A stretch of 64,000 nt of DNA from Candidatus Poribacteria bacterium. GTDB taxonomy: Bacteria > Poribacteria > WGA-4E > WGA-3G. How positions within the stretch are numbered: position 1 is the first letter of the stretch; every line of letters begins with the position of its first letter. Positions 19,871 through 29,633 of this stretch are shown in pieces. Location: the NCBI GenBank assembly GCA_965205015.1, contig OZ242029.1, positions 3,904,001-3,968,000 of the forward strand, read 5' to 3'. The notes under the pieces are model-generated. The model was given only the letters and a program-made list of their open reading frames with translations, searched no databases and had not been told where the DNA came from. A program made the position numbers and the translations under genes.

Positions 19871-19910
19871 GTTTCCTGTAACAATTGATGTCATTATTCA
19901 ATCAAGTGTA

Positions 19911-21404
19911 TTAGCGTAGGAACACAAACGTTACAATCACAAAGAGCGGGACTAAAATTACTACCGACCAGAGCATGTATCCGAAGAAACTCGGCATACG
20001 GATACCGCTTTGTTCCGCGATTGCTTTCACCATGAAGTTCGGCGCATTGCCGATATAGGTATTCGCACCCATAAACACCGCTCCAACAGAGATAGCCGTT
20101 AGCAATTTGACAAACTCTAAGTGCTCGGGACCAGTCAATTGTCCAGACAGAATTTCCGGTATTACGGCTTCAGTGAGATGCAATTTCCCGAGTGCTGTGT
20201 TGAAAAACGTCAAGTAGGTCGGGGCATTGTCTAAGAAACTTGACAGAATTCCTGTTATCCAGAAGTAGTGCATCGGTTCTTTTATCGCCCCAATTAACCC
20301 ACGTAACGCGCCGTTTTCACCGGCTTTTAGAATGGCTAATGCTGGAATAATGGTCATAAAGATACCGGCGAATACTTTGGCGACCTCTTCAATCGGCTCC
20401 CACGAAAACTCGTTCTCCTGACGCAACTTACCACTAAAGGGTGTGAACCTGAGAGATAACAGTCCCATGACGACAATCAACACATCGCGTGCAATATTTT
20501 GCCAGTATACGTGCACACCAAAGATATTGACTTCTCCCCACTTGAAACTACCACTCATTAAGACAGCAGCGACGATACCGAGGAGGAAGACGAGGTTAAA
20601 AAGTCCGTCTACGCGGATCGGTTCGTTGGTTCCATCGTCTGGCACGACACCGCCTTCCCGTTTAAACATGAATGTGTCTAACACAAAGAAAAGCACAATT
20701 AAGATCACACTAATAAAGAGCATGTGCGGGAAGAGAGCCGTCGTCGTCCAGAAGAAAGGGACGTTGTGCAAGAATCCCAAAAAGAGCGGCGGGTCGCCCA
20801 AGGGTGTTAAGGAACCCCCGATGTTACTTACGAGAAAGATAAAGAAGATGACCAGATGGACCTTGCTCTGCCGATACGCGTTTGCTCGAATGAGCGGGCG
20901 GATGAGGAGCATGGACGCGCCTGTTGTACCGACCCATGAGGCGATAGCGGTGCCGATAAGCAGCAACAATGTGTTAACGATCGGCGTACCCCGTAAGGTG
21001 CCACGCACGAGAATTCCACCTGCGACTGTAAACAATCCCCACAAGAGAATAATGAACGGGATATAGTCTATCAGGTAGATATGCAGGATATCGTAAAACG
21101 CTTCTCCTTGAAACGCTATGAGATACGGAATAGCGAAAGCTAACGCCCAAACCAATGACATTTTTCCGCCGTGGTGGACAAGAAAATGGGAATCCAACAC
21201 GAGTGGGAAAATCGCAATAGAGAGAAGTATACCAACGAAGGGAATGATGCTCCAAATAGGTAATTTCGCGCCATCTACGCCGTGACCATGATGTGCATCG
21301 CCCCCGTGTGCGTCGTCTGCTCCGAAGGAAACCCCCACTGAAACTGACAATGCCATCCCTAAAATTAGACAAAAAATAAGACCTGATGCAAGTTTAAACT
21401 TCAT
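19911..21404 (-). CDS. Putative Na+/H+ antiporter (IT superfamily, CitMHS_2/NhaD-like) with signal-like N-terminus and His-rich linker
   Basis: GTTGASMLLIRP, SNIGGSLTPLGDPPLFLGFL, SSFLDNAPTY, GANTYIGNAPNFMVK. Confidence 0.85.
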   Translation of the reverse strand: MKFKLASGLIFCLILGMALSVSVGVSFGADDAHGGDAHHGHGVDGAKLPIWSIIPFVGILLSIAIFPLVLDSHFLVHHGGKMSLVWALAFAIPYLIAFQGEAFYDILHIYLIDYIPFIILLWGLFTVAGGILVRGTLRGTPIVNTLLLLIGTAIASWVGTTGASMLLIRPLIRANAYRQSKVHLVIFFIFLVSNIGGSLTPLGDPPLFLGFLHNVPFFWTTTALFPHMLFISVILIVLFFVLDTFMFKREGGVVPDDGTNEPIRVDGLFNLVFLLGIVAAVLMSGSFKWGEVNIFGVHVYWQNIARDVLIVVMGLLSLRFTPFSGKLRQENEFSWEPIEEVAKVFAGIFMTIIPALAILKAGENGALRGLIGAIKEPMHYFWITGILSSFLDNAPTYLTFFNTALGKLHLTEAVIPEILSGQLTGPEHLEFVKLLTAISVGAVFMGANTYIGNAPNFMVKAIAEQSGIRMPSFFGYMLWSVVILVPLFVIVTFVFLR

Positions 21405-21416
21405 TTATGATCGAGA

Positions 21417-21441
21417 GTCGCGATTCGGAGATCGCTCCTAC
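21417..21441 (-). repeat. GTAG-type REP family C overlapping nuoM stop codon
   Basis: GTAGGAGCGATCTCCGAATCGCGAC; related copy at 52013-52037. Confidence 0.7.
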
Positions 21442-23000
21442 TGTCCTGCCTCCTTTTCAATCTTTTCGTGTTGTGTGTGCTGTGTTCCGTGTAGAGCGAG
21501 TTCGGTGTCTTGTACTCTTTGCTCGCTCGCGCGTCCTATAGCGGGTTCGGTTTGCACCTGCGTTACGACAAGTCCTACTGATTTCTCCATCTTACTCAGG
21601 AAAGGTTTTGGATAAACGCCGATCCAGACGATGAACAGGAGTATCGGAAGCATCACAACGATTTCGCGTGCGTTCAAGTCAGGCAAGGCTTCATTTGTTT
21701 TATCCAGCGTCCCGAACATCACGCGTTGGAACATCCACAGCATATACACGGCTGCGAGAATTACACCTGCTGTTGCCAGAACCACATATACCTTCGAGAA
21801 GGCGCCCTGAACAAAACTACCGAACAGTATCATATATTCGCCGACGAATCCATTCAAACCTGGGAGTCCAATTGACGATAACGTCACCACCATAAAAATT
21901 GTAGCAAAGATCGGCATACGTTTTGCCAAGCCCCCGAAATCCACAATCATCCTGCTGTGTCTTCGCTCATAAATCATTCCGACCAAAAGGAACAACGCGC
22001 CCGTACTCAAGCCGTGATTAATCATTTGTAAGACACTGCCTTGAATACCGGCGGGATTTTTAGAAAACAACCCCAACACCACAAATCCAAGGTGGCTTAC
22101 ACTGGAATATGCGACCAGTTTTTTCAGATCGGGTTGGACCATTGCTACCAATGCTCCATAGATGATGCCTATGACAGCGAGTGGTACAATCAACGGCGTG
22201 AATTCAGCCGCTGCATCGGGAAAGAGGGGTAAGCAAAATCGGATGATCCCGTATGTCCCCATCTTCAGCAGCACCCCGGCAAGTATGACACTGCCCACCG
22301 TAGGGGCTTCAACGTGGGCATCGGGTAGCCACGTATGGAAGGGAAAGAGCGGAACCTTAATGGCGAAGGCAATGAAGAACGCCAAGAACAATAGATGTGA
22401 ATGTTCAAACGGACCGCTGAGCGTTGTGAGATCGAAACTGTTGTTGTTTTGGAAGTAGAGTGCCAAGATGCCAACCAGCATTAGCGCACTACCCGCCATT
22501 GTATAAAGCACGAACTTCACAGTCGCATAAATTCGACGCTCCCCACCCCAAATACCGATGAGGAAGTACATCGGAATCAGCATTGATTCCCAAAATACAA
22601 AAAAGAGGAATAGATCCAACGCACAGAAGACACCTAACATCCCGGTCTCAAGCGCAAGGAGCGACATCATAAAACCGCTGAGCCCTTTCTCGATCGAGTT
22701 CCAGGCGGCGAGGATACACACCGGCGTCAGGAAAGTTGTGAGTAACACTAACCATAGCGAAATGCCATCGATGCCGATGTGGTAGCTTGTACCTAAACCG
22801 GGGATCCACGCCTGCTGTGTGACGTTTTGGAACGTTGCGGTCTCTGTATCAAACCCGGTGTAAAGCCCCAATGAGACAATAAACGTCAGGAGTCCAATGA
22901 CAAGTGCAATGCCTTTGACAGCGGATGCCCCAAGTCCTCTGAGCAACGCGATCGCTATCACGCCGAGTAGTGGTAAAAAGATGACTATTGAGAGTAGCAA
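21438..23000 (-). CDS. nuoM: NADH-quinone oxidoreductase subunit M
   Basis: TTG start after AAGGAG; FFVFWE, AIKVPLFPFHTWLPDAHVEAP, LLKMGTYG, AYSSVSH. Confidence 0.95.
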   Translation of the reverse strand: MLLSIVIFLPLLGVIAIALLRGLGASAVKGIALVIGLLTFIVSLGLYTGFDTETATFQNVTQQAWIPGLGTSYHIGIDGISLWLVLLTTFLTPVCILAAWNSIEKGLSGFMMSLLALETGMLGVFCALDLFLFFVFWESMLIPMYFLIGIWGGERRIYATVKFVLYTMAGSALMLVGILALYFQNNNSFDLTTLSGPFEHSHLLFLAFFIAFAIKVPLFPFHTWLPDAHVEAPTVGSVILAGVLLKMGTYGIIRFCLPLFPDAAAEFTPLIVPLAVIGIIYGALVAMVQPDLKKLVAYSSVSHLGFVVLGLFSKNPAGIQGSVLQMINHGLSTGALFLLVGMIYERRHSRMIVDFGGLAKRMPIFATIFMVVTLSSIGLPGLNGFVGEYMILFGSFVQGAFSKVYVVLATAGVILAAVYMLWMFQRVMFGTLDKTNEALPDLNAREIVVMLPILLFIVWIGVYPKPFLSKMEKSVGLVVTQVQTEPAIGRASEQRVQDTELALHGTQHTQHEKIEKEAGQ

Positions 23001-23016
23001 AAAAATCTCCTTTTTA

Positions 23017-23129
23017 ATGGTTATCGGCTATCAGTTGTCAGTAGTCGGTTAAAAGACTCTCTATGGAACAATTCATCCCAACTTGGAGTACTCCGAGAAC
23101 ATGAAAATCTCTTAACTGAGAACCGATAA
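23017..23129. repeat. Heptamer-armed long palindrome, copy C
   Basis: ATGGTTATC GGCTATC AGTTGTC AGTAGTC GGTTAAAAGA ... TCTCTTAACT GAGAACC GATAA. Confidence 0.8.
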
Positions 23130-23169
23130 ATCTCATTGCGATGCAAACTAACGCTTATTTAGTAAAGAG

Positions 23170-23271
23170 TTAGTTTTTATTGGCGTAGTTTATGGCATCT
23201 CGTACAATAACCCCGAGTCCACTAAGTAGTGCCACGACCGTAAATACCGCAATCCATTCTGTCCAACTCAT
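23170..23271 (-). CDS. 33-aa single-TM microprotein (not in ORF track)
   Basis: GGAGG RBS; MSWTEWIAVFTVVALLSGLGVIVRDAINYANKN*; starts 3 nt after the upstream ORF stop. Confidence 0.65.
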   Translation of the reverse strand: MSWTEWIAVFTVVALLSGLGVIVRDAINYANKN

Positions 23272-23274
23272 GGT

Positions 23275-23499
23275 TCAATCCTCCAGTTGATTGATCTTTC
23301 GATATGCCACTCGATTGATACCAATAGAGATAATCGTGAAAACAAGAGCACCAATCATATTGAGTATAAGTAGCACTCGGCCAGCTTTTCCATAGTTCTG
23401 AAGGACCCAAGCCCCTTCAGATAGAGCAGTGGCAATAGACATAGCAAATATCACCTTTAACCATCCAATTTCTTCCTTAAGTTTGTTGCTGTGTTCCAT
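23275..23499 (-). CDS. 74-aa two-TM hypothetical protein
   Basis: KLKEEIGWLKVIF...AYRKINQLED; two hydrophobic segments. Confidence 0.7.
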   Translation of the reverse strand: MEHSNKLKEEIGWLKVIFAMSIATALSEGAWVLQNYGKAGRVLLILNMIGALVFTIISIGINRVAYRKINQLED

Positions 23500-23590
23500 C
23501 CAATATCACCCTTCTTGAGAAAATAAATCACTATTTCTTCCTCCATCAGTGTTCCACAAAGAGGGAAGACACATTCAAGATACAAACGCG

Positions 23591-25492
23591 CTAAGTAAAA
23601 AACAGATAGTATGCGAGGAATAACACGATTCCGAGAACCATTGATACAATGTACGCTTGGACAAGCCCTGTTTGGAGACGACGCAACGTTCCCCCAATAA
23701 ATCGGATAATAGATCCCACGCCGTTGACGATCCCATCAATAATACCGTTATCTACAATCCGCCAGAGTAGGTAATGCGAACCGTTTTTAATCGGTTGCAC
23801 GATGAGCGCGTTATATACCTCATCGACATAGTATTTGTTCGCGAGCAGCTTGTGTAAGGCATTGGTGGGTTCATCGGATGGTGTTCTTTCGCGATAGCGT
23901 GACCATGCGAACGCAATACCTGCCAAACCGACTATAGATGAAATCACCATGAACAGGATTACATTACCCGATGCCTCATGGTGCGCTTCTGGAAAAACGC
24001 TCTTCGTGAAATCGTGGAACCAACTTTCATGTCCACCCCACCCTAAAAGCAAGCCGATCAAGGCAGAAGGAATCGCCAGAATTGCGAGCGGGACCCACAT
24101 GACCGGTGGCGATTCGTGCAGATGCGAATCAACATCGGGGTCAACACGGGATTCACCATAAAATGTCACAAAGATTAAGCGGAACATATAAAACGCCGTC
24201 AAGAATGCGGTGACTAAACCGATGACGTAAATAATAGGCGAGCTCCCCCAAGCACTGTGCAAAATTTCATCTTTGCTCCAGAAACCGCTCAGGAACGGAA
24301 ATCCTGCAATAGCAAGAGCCCCGACTAAAAAGGTCCAGTGCGTTATCGGCATCTTTGCCTTTAAGCCGCCCATCTTTCGCATATCCAATTCATTCGCCAT
24401 GGCGTGCATCACGCTACCAGCGGTAAGGAACATCAGCCCTTTAAAGAAGGCATGCGTTACTAAATGGAAAATGCCTGAGGCATAAGCCCCAACGCCAACA
24501 CCAAGGAACATATACCCGAGTTGGCTGACAGTGGAATAGGCGAGGATGCGTTTTATATCGTTCTGGGTAAGTGCTATCGTTGCGGCGAAGAAAGCAGTTA
24601 AAACGCCGATCCACGCGACCACTTCGCCGGTATGTGCTATATTATAAAGCACAGCGGAGCGTGCTATCATATAGACGCCCGCCGTTACCATTGTTGCGGC
24701 GTGAATCAATGCACTAACAGGTGTAGGACCTTCCATTGCATCCGGGAGCCATACATAGAGCGGAATCTGTGCCGATTTACCTATTGCTCCAACGAAGAGT
24801 AGCAAGGTCGCGATTACGAGGGTACTGGCACCAAAGACTTTCTGAAAATTATCTGCCTCAGCAGCATCAAATATCGATGTGAAATCGAGGGTTCCGAACG
24901 CAGCGAACAGGGTAAACATACCCAACAGGAACCCGAAGTCGCCGATCCGGTTGACGATGAACGCCTTTTTTCCAGCGTCTGTCGCTGTTTGCTTCTCATA
25001 CCAGAATCCGATGAGGAGATATGAGCAGAGTCCAACGCCTTCCCATCCGACGAACATCATCAGATAGTTGTTTCCGAGGACCAAGATTAGCATTGCAAAG
25101 ACGAATAGGTTCAGATAGGCAAAATAGCGTGTATAGCCTGCATCGCCATGCATGTAGCCAATCGAATAGACGTGAATGAGAAATCCGACCCCGGTAATCA
25201 CTAACAACATGACTGAGGTGAGTGCGTCCACACGGAACCCGATATTGAAAGCGAACGACTCGCCTGTAATCCATTCATATAGGGTTTCATCGAACGGGGC
25301 AGCACCGCCGTGCAAACTGGCAAAAGCGATAATCGAACAGACTAAAGAGACAAGCACTGCAAGCGAACCTATCCACCCGCTGAGTTGCTCGTTCCCTTTT
25401 AGCCCCTTATTTTGTGCAAGTCCGAATAACCCGTTAATCAGAAACCCAACAAGTGGGGCAACTAACAGGACAACAATTAATTCTATTGTCAT
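23591..25492 (-). CDS. nuoL: NADH-quinone oxidoreductase subunit L
   Basis: GWEGVGLCSYLLIGFW, NRIGD, GKSAQIPL..WLPDAMEGPTPVSALIHAATMV, HAFFK. Confidence 0.96.
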   Translation of the reverse strand: MTIELIVVLLVAPLVGFLINGLFGLAQNKGLKGNEQLSGWIGSLAVLVSLVCSIIAFASLHGGAAPFDETLYEWITGESFAFNIGFRVDALTSVMLLVITGVGFLIHVYSIGYMHGDAGYTRYFAYLNLFVFAMLILVLGNNYLMMFVGWEGVGLCSYLLIGFWYEKQTATDAGKKAFIVNRIGDFGFLLGMFTLFAAFGTLDFTSIFDAAEADNFQKVFGASTLVIATLLLFVGAIGKSAQIPLYVWLPDAMEGPTPVSALIHAATMVTAGVYMIARSAVLYNIAHTGEVVAWIGVLTAFFAATIALTQNDIKRILAYSTVSQLGYMFLGVGVGAYASGIFHLVTHAFFKGLMFLTAGSVMHAMANELDMRKMGGLKAKMPITHWTFLVGALAIAGFPFLSGFWSKDEILHSAWGSSPIIYVIGLVTAFLTAFYMFRLIFVTFYGESRVDPDVDSHLHESPPVMWVPLAILAIPSALIGLLLGWGGHESWFHDFTKSVFPEAHHEASGNVILFMVISSIVGLAGIAFAWSRYRERTPSDEPTNALHKLLANKYYVDEVYNALIVQPIKNGSHYLLWRIVDNGIIDGIVNGVGSIIRFIGGTLRRLQTGLVQAYIVSMVLGIVLFLAYYLFFT

Positions 25493-25578
25493 TTTTTATC
25501 CTTACTATTGGTTCGAGATATTCAGTAAGAGATTTGTGACGCGCATTAGAATCTTCTTTAACTGATAACCAATTTTGC

Positions 25579-25878
25579 TTAGCCTTTCAATGAATTAACC
25601 TCATCTACATTAACCGTCTGCCGGTGTTTGAAGACGCTTACAATAATTGCGAGCCCAATGGCGACCTCAGCGGCAGCAACCGTCATAACAAAGAAAACGA
25701 ATACCTGTCCGGTAGCTTCACCGAGACTCCGACTGATTGCTACAAAAGCGAGATTCGCTGCATTCAGCATCAGTTCAATACACATGAAGATGATAATGGC
25801 ATTCCTGCGGATGAGGACCCCAATGACTCCCGTTGTAAACAGGAGCGCACTCAATATAAGATAATACTCTAATGACAT
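25579..25878 (-). CDS. nuoK: NADH-quinone oxidoreductase subunit K
   Basis: [27 protein letters not shown]. Confidence 0.96.
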   Translation of the reverse strand: MSLEYYLILSALLFTTGVIGVLIRRNAIIIFMCIELMLNAANLAFVAISRSLGEATGQVFVFFVMTVAAAEVAIGLAIIVSVFKHRQTVNVDEVNSLKG

Positions 25879-25889
25879 TTTTTAACTTT

Positions 25890-25966
25890 CCTTGCGGTTA
25901 AATGACATGGGTTTGGACTTTAACGCGCCTTTCTCAAATCCGCCTTCCATTATATTACAGGCTACG
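25890..25966 (-). repeat. 77-bp dispersed element, copy 1
   Basis: 60/77 ungapped identity with 40142-40218. Confidence 0.85.
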
Positions 25967-26012
25967 TTTTTGATGCTATGAAGATAAACGCTCCACTGGT
26001 CGATTACCGACT

Positions 26013-26540
26013 TTAATTCTCTTCTTGACTTTCGCGTTTTACTAAGACGATAACGCCAATCAATGCCGCCAGCAAGATAAGCGACGTAACCTCAAACGGT
26101 AAGAGGTACTTACTGAACAAGAGTTCGCCGATGTCATACGTCGTTGTCGTTACCGATGCAGCCGCGGATTCTGCCGATGCCACTGCGGTGTCATTGAGCG
26201 CATTCACTGCGATATAGATGCCTTCGGCGGCAAAAAGGATGCCTAAGATAATGGCGAACCCCTTCAGTTTCCTTCCAATAGCACCTTTCGCCGAGAGTGT
26301 CCCCAAGTTCAGGAGCATAATCACAAAGAGGAACAGGACCATAATCGCGCCAGCATAGACGATGACTTGGACCGCCGCAACGAAATGTGCGCCCAATAGG
26401 ACAAAAAGCCCGGCTTGTGCGAAAAACGTTACAATCAGTGAAAGCGCGCTATAAATCGGATGTCGAAACGAAATGACAGCAATCGCGCCAATCAGCGAGA
26501 CCGCTCCAAAGAGAATAAATAGAATCTGTTCTGCATTCAT
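26013..26540 (-). CDS. nuoJ: NADH-quinone oxidoreductase subunit J
   Basis: QVIVYAGAIMVLFLFVIMLL, YLLPFE. Confidence 0.96.
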   Translation of the reverse strand: MNAEQILFILFGAVSLIGAIAVISFRHPIYSALSLIVTFFAQAGLFVLLGAHFVAAVQVIVYAGAIMVLFLFVIMLLNLGTLSAKGAIGRKLKGFAIILGILFAAEGIYIAVNALNDTAVASAESAAASVTTTTYDIGELLFSKYLLPFEVTSLILLAALIGVIVLVKRESQEEN

Positions 26541-26551
26541 AAGCGTGCCTC

Positions 26552-27736
26552 CTATTCTATTGCGTCCAGAGCGGTGGGTGTGACCGGATTGTCGCTATCT
26601 TGGATTGCCGGCTTAGGTGCCTTCATTACAAGAAGTCCTGCGACAATAGAGACAACAATAAACGCGGAAACCACATTTCCGATACCCACGATCAGACGAG
26701 AGTTGGTCGTTATCCATAAAATGCCGGTTACGACGATTGAAGTCAAAGCGACAGGCAACAGAAATTTCCAACCGAAGTTCATGAGTTGGTCGTAGCGGAA
26801 TCGAGGCAGCGTCCAACGCACCCAGATAAACACGAACAGGAAAATCGCTGTTTTGACAAAAAAGATACCGAATGAGATCAGTCCGCTCCATACAGGACCG
26901 CCCATATTCTCCAATCCGAAGAAATGCCAGCCGCCTAAAAAGAGCGTCACTGTTACGGCAGACCCGACAATCATGTTCATGTATTCAGCCATGAAAAACA
27001 TCGCGAATTTCATGCTACTGTATTCGGTGTGATATCCTGCGACGAGTTCCTGTTCCGCTTCAGCGAGGTCAAAGGGCAATCGGTTGGTTTCTGCGAACAT
27101 TGCCGTTGTAAACGCCAGGAATGCGGGAAAGTGAATCAGGAAATTCCACTGCCACGGATAGGCGCCTTGTTCTACTGCGATTGCCCGAAGACTCAGGGAG
27201 CTCGTTAGCATGAGTATTCCTATGATTGCCAACCCGAGTGTTAGTTCGTAGCTAATCATCTGTGCAGAAGAACGTAAACCCCCCAGGAGCGAATATTTGT
27301 TATTAGATGCCCATGCCCCGAGCACAACACCATAGACGCCAAGCGACGTTATCGCCAAGATATACAGAATCCCGATGTTGATATCCGCAATTTGGAGCGG
27401 TATTTCATGTCCCAGTACCGTAATAGAACTCCCAAATGGTACGACTGCGACCGCCACAAGTGCTGGGACTAATAACATTGCTGGTGCCATCACATAAAGT
27501 GGCTTATCCACATGATCTGGGATGAGGTCCTCTTTAAACAGGAACTTAAGCCCGTCTGCGACAGGTTGGAGGAGTCCTTGGGGGCCAACCCGGTTAGGTC
27601 CCAACCGATCCTGCATCCATCCGCTCACCCGTCGTTCCGCCCAGATCATTAGCATCACGCCAATAAGCAGTAAATGGACGATGATGAAAATTTTGACGAT
27701 TGAACTGATGATTAAAACGAGAGGGAAATTTTCCAT
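26552..27736 (-). CDS. nuoH: NADH-quinone oxidoreductase subunit H
   Basis: ERR...Q.RLGPNRVGP.GLLQ..ADGLK, ETNRLPFDL.EAE.ELVAG, PRFRYDQLM. Confidence 0.96.
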   Translation of the reverse strand: MENFPLVLIISSIVKIFIIVHLLLIGVMLMIWAERRVSGWMQDRLGPNRVGPQGLLQPVADGLKFLFKEDLIPDHVDKPLYVMAPAMLLVPALVAVAVVPFGSSITVLGHEIPLQIADINIGILYILAITSLGVYGVVLGAWASNNKYSLLGGLRSSAQMISYELTLGLAIIGILMLTSSLSLRAIAVEQGAYPWQWNFLIHFPAFLAFTTAMFAETNRLPFDLAEAEQELVAGYHTEYSSMKFAMFFMAEYMNMIVGSAVTVTLFLGGWHFFGLENMGGPVWSGLISFGIFFVKTAIFLFVFIWVRWTLPRFRYDQLMNFGWKFLLPVALTSIVVTGILWITTNSRLIVGIGNVVSAFIVVSIVAGLLVMKAPKPAIQDSDNPVTPTALDAIE

Positions 27737-27755
27737 TTTTTTAATATTCCTTTTT

Positions 27756-27956
27756 ATAGTTGTCGGTTATCGGTTCGCCTGCTGCGCAGGCTTTCAGTTA
27801 TCAGTTACAGGAGGCTTTGGTTAAACGAGGGGAAATACGCAGAAATACCGGATTTAGTCTGGGAATAGACTAAATCCATTCCTTGTATTATATTGCAAAG
27901 ACCCCCAGCAAAAACACCTCTTAACTGAAAACCGATAACTGAAAACTGACAACTAT
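27756..27956. repeat. Heptamer-armed long palindrome, copy E
   Basis: ATAGTTGTC GGTTATC ... AGTTATC AGTTAC ... CTCTTAACT GAAAACC GATAACT GAAAACT GACAACTAT; inner perfect stem GGATTTAGTCT/AGACTAAATCC. Confidence 0.85.
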
Positions 27957-27957
27957 T

Positions 27958-29619
27958 TTACTGGTCGCTGTCTGCTAACTTAATCCCTGCATCTCCAATT
28001 TTTTGATGTGTTGCGTCAGCATAGCCCGGTACATTCTCAGCAATCATCAGTGATATCTCACCAGCAAAGTGATAGTTAATCTCACCGCCCAACTGCTTGG
28101 CAAGCTGCTGCGTAATTTCCCAGTCCACACGCGCTTCACCCGGCGGATCAATCGTCTTACGAATCCGTTGCACCCACCCTGTTGAGTTGGTAAAGGTACC
28201 GTCTTTCTCGGCGAAGGTGGTCCCGGGTAGTACGACATCAGCTAACTGTGTGACTTCTGAAGGCAAAACGTCTTGCACGATAAGGAAATCAACACTCTCC
28301 AATGCAGCTTTTTCATCATTTTCAAGAGGACGTTCGGGGCCACCACTAACGAGGTAAACGACTTTTGCACCCGATACTTTTTTCCAAAGCGCGTCACCCT
28401 CTAAAACGGTGTTGCCATTTGCAGAGCCGAGTATCGTTCGTGCTCCCGCCGTGTTTGGGTTTTTGTCGGCTTCAATGGTAAACTGTGGGAACTTGTGTTC
28501 TTCACCTGGCAGATGCCCAAAGAGTCCCAACTGCGTTGTTTTCAGGACATCGTGTGCGAACTGCTGTAAGACGTAGTTGTCTTCATTGGTGCCCTGTGCA
28601 GAGCCGATAACAACAATGTCCTCAGTTTCTATTTCCGACAATTTTTCTGTGATTGTCGCTAAGGCATCTGCCCAATGTGTTGGCGTGAGTTGATCATCAA
28701 CCCGTTTAAGTGGAAGTTGGAGCCGGTCATCACTGTTGACATAGTGGTAACCGAGGCGACCATCGTCACATATCCAATGTTGGTTGATGTCTTCGTGGAA
28801 GCGCGGCTTGAGCCTGTACACACCGTCAGCTTTATATTCTACAGTGATATTACAACCGACACTACATCCTGAACAGACGCTGTTTGCTTTCTCTAAGAAC
28901 CAGGGACGAGATTTGAACAAGAAATCTTTGCTAATCAATGCGCCAACGGGACATATATCAACAACATTCCCTGCCAATTTGTTATCCAGTACCTGCAAGG
29001 GAACACCCTCGTGGCTGCGTGGGATGTCAATTTCATCGTGGGAGCCGCGGTGAACTAAGCCTAATTCGCCCGTTCCGGAAACCTCTTCCGAAAATCGAAT
29101 ACACCGAGTGCAGACAACGCAGCGTGTTGCGTAAAGCAGCACATCGGGTCCTAAATCTTTCTTGGGTGGAACATTTTTGACCTCAAGATAGCGACTCTTA
29201 TCATGTCCATGTCGATGTGAGTAGTCTTGCAAATCGCACTCACCAGCCTGATCACAGACGGGGCAATCAAGTGGGTGATGCACAAGCAGAAATTCCAATA
29301 TGTCCGCGCGTGCCTTTTTGACGCGCTCGCTATCTGTGCGGACAATAAAGTCGTATTTCCCATCAAGTTTCCTATCGGGGGGTGCTGTTCTCAGCACTGT
29401 GGTGCACCCGGTTGCGAGTTGCCGATCCGGGACGATTGCGCCAGCAGGTGGAAAGAAAACATGCGGTTCAACGAGACACATTCTGCAGTTTGCAGGACGG
29501 CTCAACCCGGGGTGATAACAGTAGTGCGGGACTTCAATACCGTGTTGCCTTGCTGCCTCGACTACATTCGTTCCATCTTCAACCTCTATCTCAAGGTCAT
29601 CCAGTTTAACAAATGCCAT
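27958..29619 (-). CDS. nuoG: NADH-quinone oxidoreductase subunit G (short form)
   Basis: CYHP..CRMC, HPLDCPVCDQAGECDLQ, CVVCTRC, CPVGAL, CSGCSVGC. Confidence 0.93.
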   Translation of the reverse strand: MAFVKLDDLEIEVEDGTNVVEAARQHGIEVPHYCYHPGLSRPANCRMCLVEPHVFFPPAGAIVPDRQLATGCTTVLRTAPPDRKLDGKYDFIVRTDSERVKKARADILEFLLVHHPLDCPVCDQAGECDLQDYSHRHGHDKSRYLEVKNVPPKKDLGPDVLLYATRCVVCTRCIRFSEEVSGTGELGLVHRGSHDEIDIPRSHEGVPLQVLDNKLAGNVVDICPVGALISKDFLFKSRPWFLEKANSVCSGCSVGCNITVEYKADGVYRLKPRFHEDINQHWICDDGRLGYHYVNSDDRLQLPLKRVDDQLTPTHWADALATITEKLSEIETEDIVVIGSAQGTNEDNYVLQQFAHDVLKTTQLGLFGHLPGEEHKFPQFTIEADKNPNTAGARTILGSANGNTVLEGDALWKKVSGAKVVYLVSGGPERPLENDEKAALESVDFLIVQDVLPSEVTQLADVVLPGTTFAEKDGTFTNSTGWVQRIRKTIDPPGEARVDWEITQQLAKQLGGEINYHFAGEISLMIAENVPGYADATHQKIGDAGIKLADSDQ

Positions 29620-29633
29620 TTTTTAATTTTTCC

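Noticed and set aside
20443-21066. Long antisense ORFs over nuo, copA, trkA and other genes
   Set aside because: Shadow frames of well-supported genes with no independent signals.
27756-27956. Integron attC sites as an explanation for the heptamer palindromes
   Set aside because: Ends read GTT...AAC, the reverse of attC (RYYYAAC...GTTRRRY); flanking genes are core operon genes and no integrase is present.
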